A DNA stretch of 64,000 nt, taken from NCBI GenBank assembly GCA_963803575.1, contig CAWDMW010000002.1, positions 799,509-863,508 on the forward strand, read 5' to 3'. Under the pieces are notes generated by a model, which saw nothing but the letters and a program-made list of their open reading frames with translations, was not told the origin of the DNA and searched no databases. Source of the DNA: an uncultured Alphaproteobacteria bacterium (GTDB taxonomy: Bacteria > Pseudomonadota > Alphaproteobacteria > Rickettsiales > UBA998). Each line of letters opens with the position of its first letter. The first letter of the stretch is position 1. Positions 9,085-18,454 of this stretch are shown here, in pieces. Position numbers and translations under genes: made by a program.

Positions 9085-9516
9085 TTAATAGATCATGTGT
9101 GTTGTATCAGAATTTAACATGTGCTGAATCAGCACCTGCATATTAACGGAAGAGGTTAAGTCCTGTTTGAGCGTAAACCGCATGGCTCTGCTTTCTCGTA
9201 CCTGATGCATAAGTTGGGAGTCTGCTACGCTGGATACAATGACAATAGGTAGGGGTTGCCCGCTATCCTGATATCTGGGAAGCTGGCTTAACATATGTAC
9301 CAACTGTATTCCTGTACGACCCGGCATATTATAGTCTACAAACGCGCAGTCAACATGGTGTGCACTATAAATGCTTATTGCTTCGTTAGAACTTTGTGCT
9401 GTCATGCAGTGGTATTTCCATTCACACTGGATGTTTTCAATTTGATCCTGAAGTAAAAACAAGTCACCAGGGTTGTCATCTACTAACAAAATTGTTTTAG
9501 TATTGCTTCCTATCAT
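9085..9516 (-). CDS. single-domain response regulator, REC-a
   Basis: ILLVDDNPGDLFLL...CAFVDYNMPGRTG...IVIVSSV...FTLKQD. Receiver only. Confidence 0.8.
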   Translation of the reverse strand: MIGSNTKTILLVDDNPGDLFLLQDQIENIQCEWKYHCMTAQSSNEAISIYSAHHVDCAFVDYNMPGRTGIQLVHMLSQLPRYQDSGQPLPIVIVSSVADSQLMHQVRESRAMRFTLKQDLTSSVNMQVLIQHMLNSDTTHMIY

Positions 9517-9570
9517 AGTTGTTTCATTATATGATATAAGTTGTTTAGCAATAATTAATGGAGATGCTAA

Positions 9571-11094
9571 TTAAGTCGGAGTTTTGGACAGGTTTTTGGA
9601 AATTGTGAAGTGAAATGTACTTCCTGATCCTTCTTCGGATTCTATCCATATCGTTCCCTGATGACGCAGGGCAATTTTTTTGCAGATGGCTAGCCCGATG
9701 CCATTGCCTATATATTCCGCGCGCGTATGAAGCCGTTTAAACACTTCAAATAAGGTATCTTTTTGATCCGCTGGAATACCGATACCGTTATCAGCGACAG
9801 CAAAATGCCAGCAATCTAGTAGTTCTTTACACGATACGGTAACAGTAGGGCGACGATTCTCAGGCTGATATTTTAAACCATTGGTTATTAAGTTCATGAA
9901 TAACTGATACATCTGAGTTTTGTTGCAATGGAGGGTGGGAAGCTCTGCGGCAGATATATGTGCATCTTTCTTTTGAATGGATGTAATCAGATCATCCTGG
10001 ATTTGATTAATGACCTGATTAAGATCGGCTTTCTGGAATGTGCTGATATCGTGATCTACGCTACAATATTTTAAGATACTGGCGATGAGTTCCTGTCCTC
10101 GTGAAGCGCCAGATTTAAGAAAGTGAAAATATTTTGCGGCTTTCTCATCGTTTATCAGATGCGTCTCTAAATGCTTTTCCAGCATTTCGCTAAAGCTTGC
10201 AATCATACGAAGCGGCTCTTGCAAATCATGCGAGCAAATATAGGCAAAGCGCATCAGTTCTTCGTTTGAATGCTGCAAGCGGGAAATAAGTGTTTCACGC
10301 TGCGTGACATCCTGCGATACTCCTAGAATAAATGGTTTGCCGTTCACATCTTCAAAGCGTACTTTCTCAGTAAATAACGTGCGTTTGGAGCCGTTTGGCA
10401 TGGTCAGTGTTTCCGTGGTTTCTGAATAGCCCTCTTTAAAGGCTATGCGATCCATTGCCAGAAACTCATTTGCTTCTGCTGGGTTATAACGCTCCAGTGT
10501 AGTATAGCCAATCACACGGTCTTGCTGTTCCTCGGGGTAATTATTGATGAATGCCTGATTAGCCTGTACGATGGTGAAATCTTCTGCTTTAACAAAAATA
10601 GAGACAGGGTTATAGTCCATAATAAGCTGTAGAAAGGACTGTGATTTTATTAGCTCTTCTTTAGTGCGATTAAGTTCCTCATGCTGCTCTTTTTCGCGTA
10701 TCACAATGTCAGTAACATCTTGAAAAATACCAAAGAGTTGTAGTATTTTTCCGTGGTGATCCTGAAGACACTTCCCTTTGGAATTGACATAACGCATTTC
10801 TCCGCAGGGGCGAATAATGCGCAGGTTAGTAAAGGAAAATCCTTCCCCTGTTTCAATAGCTTTCTGTACGTTATGCTTGACCACGTCCTGATCGTCAGGG
10901 TGGTAGAAAGTGATAGCTGACTCTGTTTCAGGATAATAATTAAAGGCGTTTACGCCGTGGATCAGGTATATCTCTGGTGACCATTCCAAAGTGTTCTTGG
11001 CAAGATCAAGGCGCCAATATCCCATATGTGCCAACTGGCCGGCCATTTCCAGATATTGGCTTTTTTGACATAATTCGAGATATAGAGAATCCAT
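9571..11094 (-). CDS. cytoplasmic PAS-PAS histidine kinase, HK1
   Basis: Two PAS-like modules (GYWRLDLAKNTLEWSPEIYLIHG...GIFQDVTD and NPVSIFVKAEDFTIVQANQAF...GVSQDVTQRE). H-box ICSHDLQEPLRMI, N-box ITNGLKY, G1 DNGIGI and G2 GNGIGLA are present. No TM segments. Confidence 0.9.
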   Translation of the reverse strand: MDSLYLELCQKSQYLEMAGQLAHMGYWRLDLAKNTLEWSPEIYLIHGVNAFNYYPETESAITFYHPDDQDVVKHNVQKAIETGEGFSFTNLRIIRPCGEMRYVNSKGKCLQDHHGKILQLFGIFQDVTDIVIREKEQHEELNRTKEELIKSQSFLQLIMDYNPVSIFVKAEDFTIVQANQAFINNYPEEQQDRVIGYTTLERYNPAEANEFLAMDRIAFKEGYSETTETLTMPNGSKRTLFTEKVRFEDVNGKPFILGVSQDVTQRETLISRLQHSNEELMRFAYICSHDLQEPLRMIASFSEMLEKHLETHLINDEKAAKYFHFLKSGASRGQELIASILKYCSVDHDISTFQKADLNQVINQIQDDLITSIQKKDAHISAAELPTLHCNKTQMYQLFMNLITNGLKYQPENRRPTVTVSCKELLDCWHFAVADNGIGIPADQKDTLFEVFKRLHTRAEYIGNGIGLAICKKIALRHQGTIWIESEEGSGSTFHFTISKNLSKTPT

Positions 11095-11212
11095 GCGATA
11101 TAACCATTAATAGCAAACTACTATAATGATTAACCTAAATAGGGTAAAAGAATCAATAACCAATCACTTTAGCGTCTCTATTGCGTTATTGTTTTGACGG
11201 TGTCAATGTGTG

Positions 11213-11602
11213 CTAGCGCTGTAGTGATGTTTCCTGAGCTGACTCCTTAACAGTTTCAGTCCAGTTTCCTATGACGGGTTTTGCTTGCGTTGGCTGAGTC
11301 ATTGCTGCCAATTCTGGATATTGCTCGTTAAGCGTGGCTGAAGCCTGTTGAAGTTCATCACGACTTATTGCTCCGCCTGCACCTAAGCCCTGAAGCTGTT
11401 GCATGACTAAGTCGGCATGTTCGTGATCGAAGCTGGCTGCAACAATAGCATTGTTTCCAGCTATGATATCACTAGCATTATCAGGAATTGAAGAATTGCC
11501 CATAGAGAAGCTGACTTTACCGTCATCAAACGTGATGGTTGTTACCGTCTTTCCCTGTTCTTCCAAGGCATTGACTGTATCCAGTACTTGTGTTGAATCC
11601 AT
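11213..11602 (-). CDS. hypothetical protein (129 aa)
   Basis: ORF with a good SD (ttAGGAGtagatcata-ATG), on the same strand and immediately upstream of HK1. No motif recognised. Confidence 0.55.
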   Translation of the reverse strand: MDSTQVLDTVNALEEQGKTVTTITFDDGKVSFSMGNSSIPDNASDIIAGNNAIVAASFDHEHADLVMQQLQGLGAGGAISRDELQQASATLNEQYPELAAMTQPTQAKPVIGNWTETVKESAQETSLQR

Positions 11603-11621
11603 TATGATCTACTCCTAACGT

Positions 11622-11861
11622 CTATGCGCGTTTCAGTTGCTGTACGCTGGTGTCCATTGCCCAAAAGATGACTTCCGCAAATTTGGGTGAAAATAGCTTG
11701 TTTAGCACCATGCGACGGATAGAGTCCTGAAAAGCACGTTTACTATCAGGGTTCAATGCCATGTTAACGGTAATTGCCGACAAGCCACCATCAGCCACTG
11801 GATTAGTGCATAAAATAAGGTGATTGTCAAGAATTTGTATATAATCACGTGGATTAAACAT
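11622..11861 (-). CDS. hypothetical protein (79 aa)
   Basis: ORF with an SD-like cAGGAcagctct-ATG, 19 nt upstream of the next ORF on the same strand. No motif recognised. Confidence 0.5.
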   Translation of the reverse strand: MFNPRDYIQILDNHLILCTNPVADGGLSAITVNMALNPDSKRAFQDSIRRMVLNKLFSPKFAEVIFWAMDTSVQQLKRA

Positions 11862-12036
11862 AGAGCTGTCCTGAGTTCGTTAGGGTTTTAAGTGAACGCT
11901 GTGTTCGTATCTTAAGTTATACTGCACCAAGGTTACAGTTTTGTGACACGCATAGAGGAAAATAGACTGATGATGTCTGAAATCTCAAGCGATTCTATGA
12001 TTTACTTAAACAGACTTTCAAGGTAATAACAGCAGT

Positions 12037-13386
12037 ATGAGTAAGAAATTTATCCAGCCAGTGCGTGGAACCCATGATGTGTATGGGGAAGAAATGCGGC
12101 TATTTACCCATATTATACGCCAGATGCAGGATGTTGCAACGTTGTATGGATTCACTGAAATGCAGACTCCTGTATTCGAGTTTAGTGAGGTGTTCCATCG
12201 CTCTTTAGGGGATACATCAGATGTAGTGAGTAAGGAAACCTATACGTTCATGGATAGGGGGGGCGAAAGCATCACATTGCGTCCGGAATTCACCGCAGCT
12301 ATTGTACGGGCGTTTTTGAGTGGGGGATATACGCAGCAACTGCCATTCAAAGTCTCTTATAATGGTGCTGCTTTTCGCTATGAAAGACCACAGAAAGGCC
12401 GTTTGCGTCAGTTCCATCAGGTGGGGCTGGAATGTCTGGGTGCAACGGAACCCTGGCAGGATACCGAAATGATTGCATGTGCCGCACAGTTCCTGCGTCA
12501 GTTAAACCTGGAAGATGATGTAACGCTTGAGCTTAATACATTGGGTGATATGGAAAGCCGACATGCGTATCGTGAGGCATTAATCGCGTATTTTAGTACG
12601 CATAAAGATGCTTTGTCACAGGAAAGCCAGTTGCGTCTTGCAAAGAATCCGCTCCGTATTTTAGACTCTAAACAGCCCGAAGATAAAGAAGTGGTCGCAT
12701 CTGCTCCATTATTTGAGGCATTCATGACACCGCCGTCACGCTCATGGTTTGATGAGGTGTGCAAAGGACTGGATGTGTTGGGGGTAACCTATGCTATCTC
12801 TCCACGCTTAGTGCGTGGACTGGATTACTATACCCATACGGTGTTTGAATTTACGACAGACAAGTTAGGTTCGCAATCAACGGTGCTGGCAGGCGGGCGA
12901 TATAACGGATTGGTGCAGCAAATGGGCGGCGCAGACATCCCCGGCATGGGTTGGGCTGCTGGCATAGAGCGCTTAATGTTGCTTGCGCAGATGCAACCTG
13001 AAAGTAGAGACTCACAACAAATACAGGTCGTTATTGCACCAACAGATGCGTCTTACCACGCTCATGCATTAAAGCTTGCTGATGATTTGCGTAACGCTCA
13101 GGTGAGGGCAGAAATGATACCTCATCACAATATCAATAAGTCGCTTAAAAAAGCATTGAACATGCACGCATCCCATTTTATTGTAATGGGAGAAGATGAG
13201 TTGACTCATGATCGCTACTTAGTGAAGGATTTATCTTCACCCTATAACACAGAAGAACATTCTTCCAAGCGCAAAGAAAGCACCTATTCATATTCAGCTA
13301 TTATAGAGATGCTACGAGCGTTTGTACGTCAGGGTAGCGGTGATGTGGATACCAGAACATACGAATCAAAGGATAATGCGTCATGA
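12037..13386 (+). CDS. hisS: histidine--tRNA ligase
   Basis: Class II HisRS motifs: [42 protein letters not shown]. Its stop overlaps the prfA start (ATGA). Confidence 0.9.
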   Translation: MSKKFIQPVRGTHDVYGEEMRLFTHIIRQMQDVATLYGFTEMQTPVFEFSEVFHRSLGDTSDVVSKETYTFMDRGGESITLRPEFTAAIVRAFLSGGYTQQLPFKVSYNGAAFRYERPQKGRLRQFHQVGLECLGATEPWQDTEMIACAAQFLRQLNLEDDVTLELNTLGDMESRHAYREALIAYFSTHKDALSQESQLRLAKNPLRILDSKQPEDKEVVASAPLFEAFMTPPSRSWFDEVCKGLDVLGVTYAISPRLVRGLDYYTHTVFEFTTDKLGSQSTVLAGGRYNGLVQQMGGADIPGMGWAAGIERLMLLAQMQPESRDSQQIQVVIAPTDASYHAHALKLADDLRNAQVRAEMIPHHNINKSLKKALNMHASHFIVMGEDELTHDRYLVKDLSSPYNTEEHSSKRKESTYSYSAIIEMLRAFVRQGSGDVDTRTYESKDNAS

Positions 13387-14465
13387 TGATACCAAAAGAA
13401 AAGCTGGATGCTATCCTAGAGCGTCATACACAACTGACCGAACAACTGGCTAATCCAGCAGCATTGGGGGACACATTTGGTGCGTTGTCGCGTGAATATT
13501 CTGAACTGAGCGAAGTGGTTGAAACCATCCTTAGTCTGCAAACAGCACAGGCTGAATTACGTGAAGCAGAAGATATGCTTGCCGATGATGCGAATGACGC
13601 AGAAATGCGGGCTATGTTTCAGGAGGAACAGCAACAGCTCAAGAAACTTATTCCCTCACTCGAAGCTGCACTGCAACGCGCACTGTTGCCGAAAGACAAG
13701 GATGATAACCGTAATGTGATTGTCGAGGTGCGCGCTGGTACTGGCGGGGATGAAGCCGGATTATTTGCGGCTGAACTTTATCGGATGTATCAGCGCTATG
13801 CGGAAGTGAAAGGCTGGACGTTTGAGGTGATGGACTATTCGGAAAATGGAGTGGGCGGCATTAAAGAAGCCAGCGGCACCATTTCAGGCCGGGGTGCATT
13901 TGGACGGTTAAAGTTCGAATCTGGCGTACACCGTGTGCAACGTGTGCCGGTGACGGAAACCAGCGGGCGCATCCACACGTCTGCAGCAACCATAGCCATT
14001 ATGCCGGAAGCAGAGGATGTTGATATTGATATACGTACCGAAGACATACGCATTGATACGATGCGTGCATCTGGTGCAGGTGGTCAGCATGTAAACACGA
14101 CTGACTCTGCTGTCCGTATTACGCATTTGCCCACAGGCATTATTGTGGTTGCGTCAGAAAAGTCTCAGCATCAGAACCGCCGTACAGCCATGCAGGTATT
14201 GCGCGCGCGCTTGTATGATGTGGAACGCCAGAAAGCCGATGATGAGCGATCAGCGGCGCGTAAAAGTCAGGTTGGGTCAGGAGATCGCTCGGAACGAATC
14301 CGTACCTATAATTTTCCGCAAGGGCGTGTCACGGATCACCGCATTAATTTAACACTCTATAAGATTGATGCCATGATGAATGGTGAAGCACTGGATGAAG
14401 TGATTGACGCCCTGACCGCCGCCGATGAAGCCGAACGGATGGCTGCAATGGCAGAAGATTCGTAA
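13383..14465 (+). CDS. prfA: peptide chain release factor 1
   Basis: [20 protein letters not shown] carries the GGQ motif. The RF1-type tripeptide region is [17 protein letters not shown]. Confidence 0.9.
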   Translation: MMIPKEKLDAILERHTQLTEQLANPAALGDTFGALSREYSELSEVVETILSLQTAQAELREAEDMLADDANDAEMRAMFQEEQQQLKKLIPSLEAALQRALLPKDKDDNRNVIVEVRAGTGGDEAGLFAAELYRMYQRYAEVKGWTFEVMDYSENGVGGIKEASGTISGRGAFGRLKFESGVHRVQRVPVTETSGRIHTSAATIAIMPEAEDVDIDIRTEDIRIDTMRASGAGGQHVNTTDSAVRITHLPTGIIVVASEKSQHQNRRTAMQVLRARLYDVERQKADDERSAARKSQVGSGDRSERIRTYNFPQGRVTDHRINLTLYKIDAMMNGEALDEVIDALTAADEAERMAAMAEDS

Positions 14466-14475
14466 CGTCTCACAT

Positions 14476-15297
14476 ATGGCAACTGAATCATCTCTATCAC
14501 CAACGCTGGACGTTGATGCGCAGGACAAAAAGCTGCTGTTGCTACATGTGTTGCAGTTAAGCCCGGAAGCATACGCCCTTCAGGCACCGATACCGCTTTC
14601 ACCGCAACAGCAGGATCAGTATCATGAGCTGTTAGCACGCAGGCGACAAGGTGAACCAATCGCAAAAATCATTGGTGTAAAACATTTTTGGAAACATGCA
14701 TTTTATACAACTGCCAGTACACTAGATCCTCGTCCGGAAACAGAAGGCATTATTGAAGCAGCATTGATTCACGTTCCAGACACACATGCCCCGTTACACA
14801 TATTGGATTGTGGCACGGGGACAGGGTGTATCATTATCTCGCTGCTGGAAGAATATCCTAACGCTACGGGGGTAGCGCTAGATATTTCTTCTGAAGCAAT
14901 TAGGGTAGCGAAGCAGAATGCTCAGCAATTAAATCATCCAAAGCGCCTGCAATATGCGAATTTGGACTGGACAGATGCAGACTTTTCCCTGTATGACTTG
15001 GTGGTAAGTAATCCTCCTTACATTCCAACTCAGGATTTAGCATCATTGATGCCAGACGTGAAGGAATACGAGCCGCATTGTGTGCTTGATGGAGGATCAG
15101 ACGGGCTTTATGCCTATAGGCAACTCTTTCAAAAGGTATCATCAGCGTTGAAACGGAATGGTCTGTTCATTTGCGAAGTAGGCTATCACCAGTCAGGTGA
15201 TGTGGTGCAACTTGGGCTGATGCATGGTCTAAGCCATATCAATACATTGAGCGACGTTGCTGACATACCCCGTATTATCGTGTTTCAACAACCTTAA
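14476..15297 (+). CDS. prmC: release-factor glutamine N5-methyltransferase PrmC/HemK
   Basis: SAM-binding ILDCGTGTGCI and catalytic NPPY (VVSNPPYIP). I moved the start to the ATG at 14476 to avoid overlap with prfA. Confidence 0.85.
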   Translation: MATESSLSPTLDVDAQDKKLLLLHVLQLSPEAYALQAPIPLSPQQQDQYHELLARRRQGEPIAKIIGVKHFWKHAFYTTASTLDPRPETEGIIEAALIHVPDTHAPLHILDCGTGTGCIIISLLEEYPNATGVALDISSEAIRVAKQNAQQLNHPKRLQYANLDWTDADFSLYDLVVSNPPYIPTQDLASLMPDVKEYEPHCVLDGGSDGLYAYRQLFQKVSSALKRNGLFICEVGYHQSGDVVQLGLMHGLSHINTLSDVADIPRIIVFQQP

Positions 15298-15310
15298 CTT
15301 TCAATCATCT

Positions 15311-15997
15311 ATGAATAATCGTCGTCAATCGAACAATCGCAATAATAACCACAATAACAATAATAACCGTTATCGCCGTAACAATAACAATAATAACAAC
15401 CATAATAATCGTGGACGCAGTCCTATGGTGCATTTCGATCAGGATGACCATCATAGCGAAAATGTTAGCTCACAACAGCGCCGCCATGCATCAAATCAGC
15501 AAAATAAGTTTTTAGATTTAGCCAAAAATGCACGCCAGTCTGGTGAACGCGTGGAAGCAGAATATTATATGCAACATGTGGAGCATTACACCCGTATTTT
15601 AACACTTGCAGATGAACAGCAGCAACAGCGCGAAGAAGCCAAGAATAACAAGCAACGCGACCATCAGAAGCAATCATCTGACGACAATGCAGATGCATCT
15701 GAGGAGGTGGCAGAGCAGTCACCTAAAAGTACTGAAAATAAACATTCTTCCTCTGATGAAATTGCGTCCGATGATAATGCGCCGCCAAAGCGTCGTCGTA
15801 TGATACGCGCGCCATTAAAGAAACAGCCTGATGACACGCCATCTGATGATACAGATGCTAGCAATAGCGATGTTGGCGAAGTGGAAGATAAACCTAAACG
15901 CAGAAGAGGGCGGCCACCACTAAAGAAAGTTGAGGATCAACAAGATGATAGTGGTGCGCAGCTTCAACATTTATTGCCTGCATCAAAAGGGGAATAA
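15311..15997 (+). CDS. DUF4167-like protein with an Asn-rich N-terminus
   Basis: The core KFLDLAKNARQSGERVEAEYYMQHVEHYTRIL resembles the DUF4167 motif that commonly follows prmC in alphaproteobacteria. The C-terminal half is acidic and Lys/Arg-rich. The start is taken at the ATG at 15311. Confidence 0.65.
   Translation: MNNRRQSNNRNNNHNNNNNRYRRNNNNNNNHNNRGRSPMVHFDQDDHHSENVSSQQRRHASNQQNKFLDLAKNARQSGERVEAEYYMQHVEHYTRILTLADEQQQQREEAKNNKQRDHQKQSSDDNADASEEVAEQSPKSTENKHSSSDEIASDDNAPPKRRRMIRAPLKKQPDDTPSDDTDASNSDVGEVEDKPKRRRGRPPLKKVEDQQDDSGAQLQHLLPASKGE
15314..15410 (+). repeat. AAT/AAC (Asn) codon-rich low-complexity tract inside the DUF4167-like gene
   Basis: Encodes NNRRQSNNRNNNHNNNNNRYRRNNNNNNNHNN, read directly from the sequence. 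Confidence 0.9.
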
Positions 15998-16068
15998 ATT
16001 AGGGCGTGTTGATAGTCGCAGCCACGAGACGTGCTGTGGCTATCGTACATATAAGCATGACACAGTGA

Positions 16069-17163
16069 GTGCATAAAACCATGCAACGACTACCTGAATT
16101 ACTGAAAGATGTTGGCTTTATGGATGCCAGCTATATTTTACTGCTTACTGTGATTATAGCGATCATTACAACATTGGTCATGAAGCGTGTCCATGCTGTG
16201 CAGGAAAATTCGCTGGCTATGCGTGTGTTGAAGCGGATGATTAGACCAGTGCTTTGTCTTATTCTTGTGGCAGGTGCTTCCATCAGTTTAAGCGTCATTG
16301 ATGGAAAACATGCTATAGTTCAGACAATCATGGAAATTGTACAGCATGGCTTGATGATAACAGCTATTGCGCTGGTGATCTGGCTGGTGATTGCCATCTT
16401 AGCGGGTATTAAAAGGCATCTATTATTCAAGTACGATATGTCGAAAGAGGATAATTTGCACGCGCGTAAAGTGCATACGCAGATTAATGTCTTTTACCGC
16501 ATTATTGCATTTTTTGTGACCATTATAGGGCTGTCATTCATACTGATGACCTTTGATGGTGTCAGCAATATTGGCACAAGTTTGCTGGCTTCTGCTGGTG
16601 TAACCGGAATTATTCTGGGCTTCGCCGCGCAAAAAACCTTAGGTACCGTATTTGCTGGTATTCAGATAGCTATTACACAACCGATTCGTATTGAAGATGC
16701 TGTCGTGGTAGAAGGTGAATGGGGCTGGATTGAAGATATTACGTTCACTTACGTGGTGATACGTATATGGGATTTGCGACGGTTGGTTGTGCCAATCACG
16801 TATTTTATCGAACAGCCATTCCAAAACTGGACGCGTAATTCCGCAGAGATTATTGGCTCGGTAGAGCTGTATCTGGATTTCTCTGTGCCTTTGGAGGAAT
16901 TGCGTGCGGAATTTGAGCGTGTTGTGCGTGAGTCCTCTCTATGGAATCGCAAAGTGCAGGTATTGCAAGTGATGGATGTCACGGAGAAAACACAGAAAAT
17001 TCGGTGTTTGATGACAGCAAAAGACTCGCCAACCACCTGGGATTTACGATGTCTGGTACGTGAAAAGTTAATTATCTGGCTGCAAACACACTATCCGGAA
17101 AGTTTGCCACAACATCGTGTTATGTATGCAGATGAAGCTGGCAAAATTCCAGCATCCAGTTAA
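16069..17163 (+). CDS. mechanosensitive ion channel (MscS family) protein
   Basis: Several N-terminal TM helices followed by GFAAQKTLGTVFAGIQIAITQPIRIEDAVVVEGEWGWIEDIT, the MscS pore-helix/beta-domain signature. The start is either GTG 16069 or ATG 16081. Confidence 0.8.
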   Translation: MHKTMQRLPELLKDVGFMDASYILLLTVIIAIITTLVMKRVHAVQENSLAMRVLKRMIRPVLCLILVAGASISLSVIDGKHAIVQTIMEIVQHGLMITAIALVIWLVIAILAGIKRHLLFKYDMSKEDNLHARKVHTQINVFYRIIAFFVTIIGLSFILMTFDGVSNIGTSLLASAGVTGIILGFAAQKTLGTVFAGIQIAITQPIRIEDAVVVEGEWGWIEDITFTYVVIRIWDLRRLVVPITYFIEQPFQNWTRNSAEIIGSVELYLDFSVPLEELRAEFERVVRESSLWNRKVQVLQVMDVTEKTQKIRCLMTAKDSPTTWDLRCLVREKLIIWLQTHYPESLPQHRVMYADEAGKIPASS

Positions 17164-17173
17164 TCAGGACGCT

Positions 17174-17590
17174 TTATGCAGCAGGCGGCTTATCATTATC
17201 TGCCATAGACTTTAGCAAATCGTAGAATTTACGGCGTAATTTTTCGTCACTGATGCTGTAATAAGCACGGACTAGCTCAAGTGTTTCGCGGCTTGAAATA
17301 CGGTCATGTTCAAAGTTACTGTCGTCTTCTGCCATGCCGCGCGAATACTCGGACATTGCTTCAACAGGTTTCTCGTAATCATCGAAGAAATAAGCAACAG
17401 ATACATTAAGGATTTTGCTAAAATCATAAATCCGACTAGAACCCATCCGGTTAACGCCCTTTTCATACTTTTGAATTTGTTGAAAGCTTACGCCAATAGC
17501 TTTACCGACAGCTTCCTGACTCATGCCCAGCATGATACGACGTTCTCTCAAACGTTTTCCTACATATATATCAACAGGATGTAATGCCAT
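17174..17590 (-). CDS. XRE-family helix-turn-helix transcriptional regulator
   Basis: VGKRLRERRIMLGMSQEAVGKAIGVSFQQIQKYEKGVNRMGSSRIYDFSKIL is a Cro/C1-type HTH. Confidence 0.8.
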   Translation of the reverse strand: MALHPVDIYVGKRLRERRIMLGMSQEAVGKAIGVSFQQIQKYEKGVNRMGSSRIYDFSKILNVSVAYFFDDYEKPVEAMSEYSRGMAEDDSNFEHDRISSRETLELVRAYYSISDEKLRRKFYDLLKSMADNDKPPAA

Positions 17591-17874
17591 CCGCTTTTAT
17601 CTCCACATATACTTTTTATAAGACTTTAAAAACAACCTATGGTAGATGAAAAGGCAGTATTAACCTTTCAATGCACGTTATAGTTGCTTTCTTAAATAAG
17701 AATAACGTAAAACCCTTAGCATGTCACCTATTTTTTAATAAAATTGTCAAAATGGTAATAAGGTTTCAAAATGGTTACGCTAATAGTTTGAGTTTTGAAA
17801 CAACCATGAAGTCACTTCCTGCATGGCTTTGCTCGGTTTAAGGTCAATATCTCTATTTAGGAGATGAAAAGAGT

Positions 17875-18252
17875 ATGGATTTTGATAGTGAGTCTATGGA
17901 TGACATCATGCAATATGTGGATCAGCAATTGATTGCAGTAAGAGAGAATATTTACCGTTACGTTGTGGCACATAACCATCAGGAGAAACAGAATAGTCCT
18001 TATGTTAGCAGTGATGAATTTGATAGTGGTTTAGAACGTGGTATTGCATCAGTTGCATCACATGCTATTCGCACGGGCAGATTTGACGCAGAGCGTTTAG
18101 CTAATCCGGTGTTACGCAACGTTGGTCGTCAGGCTGGACAAGCTGTGTCAGATTATTTGTTCGATCAGACGTATCAGGGAATGCGTGGCAGCAGCAGCCA
18201 AATTGCTGCACAGCTTATGCAATCTTTGTCCTTAGCAAGCAGGATTCGTTGA
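17875..18252 (+). CDS. hypothetical protein (125 aa)
   Basis: ORF with an AGGAG SD 12 nt upstream. No recognisable motif. Confidence 0.5.
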   Translation: MDFDSESMDDIMQYVDQQLIAVRENIYRYVVAHNHQEKQNSPYVSSDEFDSGLERGIASVASHAIRTGRFDAERLANPVLRNVGRQAGQAVSDYLFDQTYQGMRGSSSQIAAQLMQSLSLASRIR

Positions 18253-18454
18253 CTATAGTTAAGACTGTCACACTTGTATTTCGGTGCATAACTGACTATA
18301 CTATGTGGATCGTGGGGATTTGTCATCGTTTGCCGCCACACTGCTAAGTGCAGTATTCAGGGACTAAGCGTATGCGTAACAGGTGAGTTGCGTGTGTTGT
18401 GTTGATGATAAATGCTTGCAAATTATAGTCATTTTATAGGACACATACCGCTAT

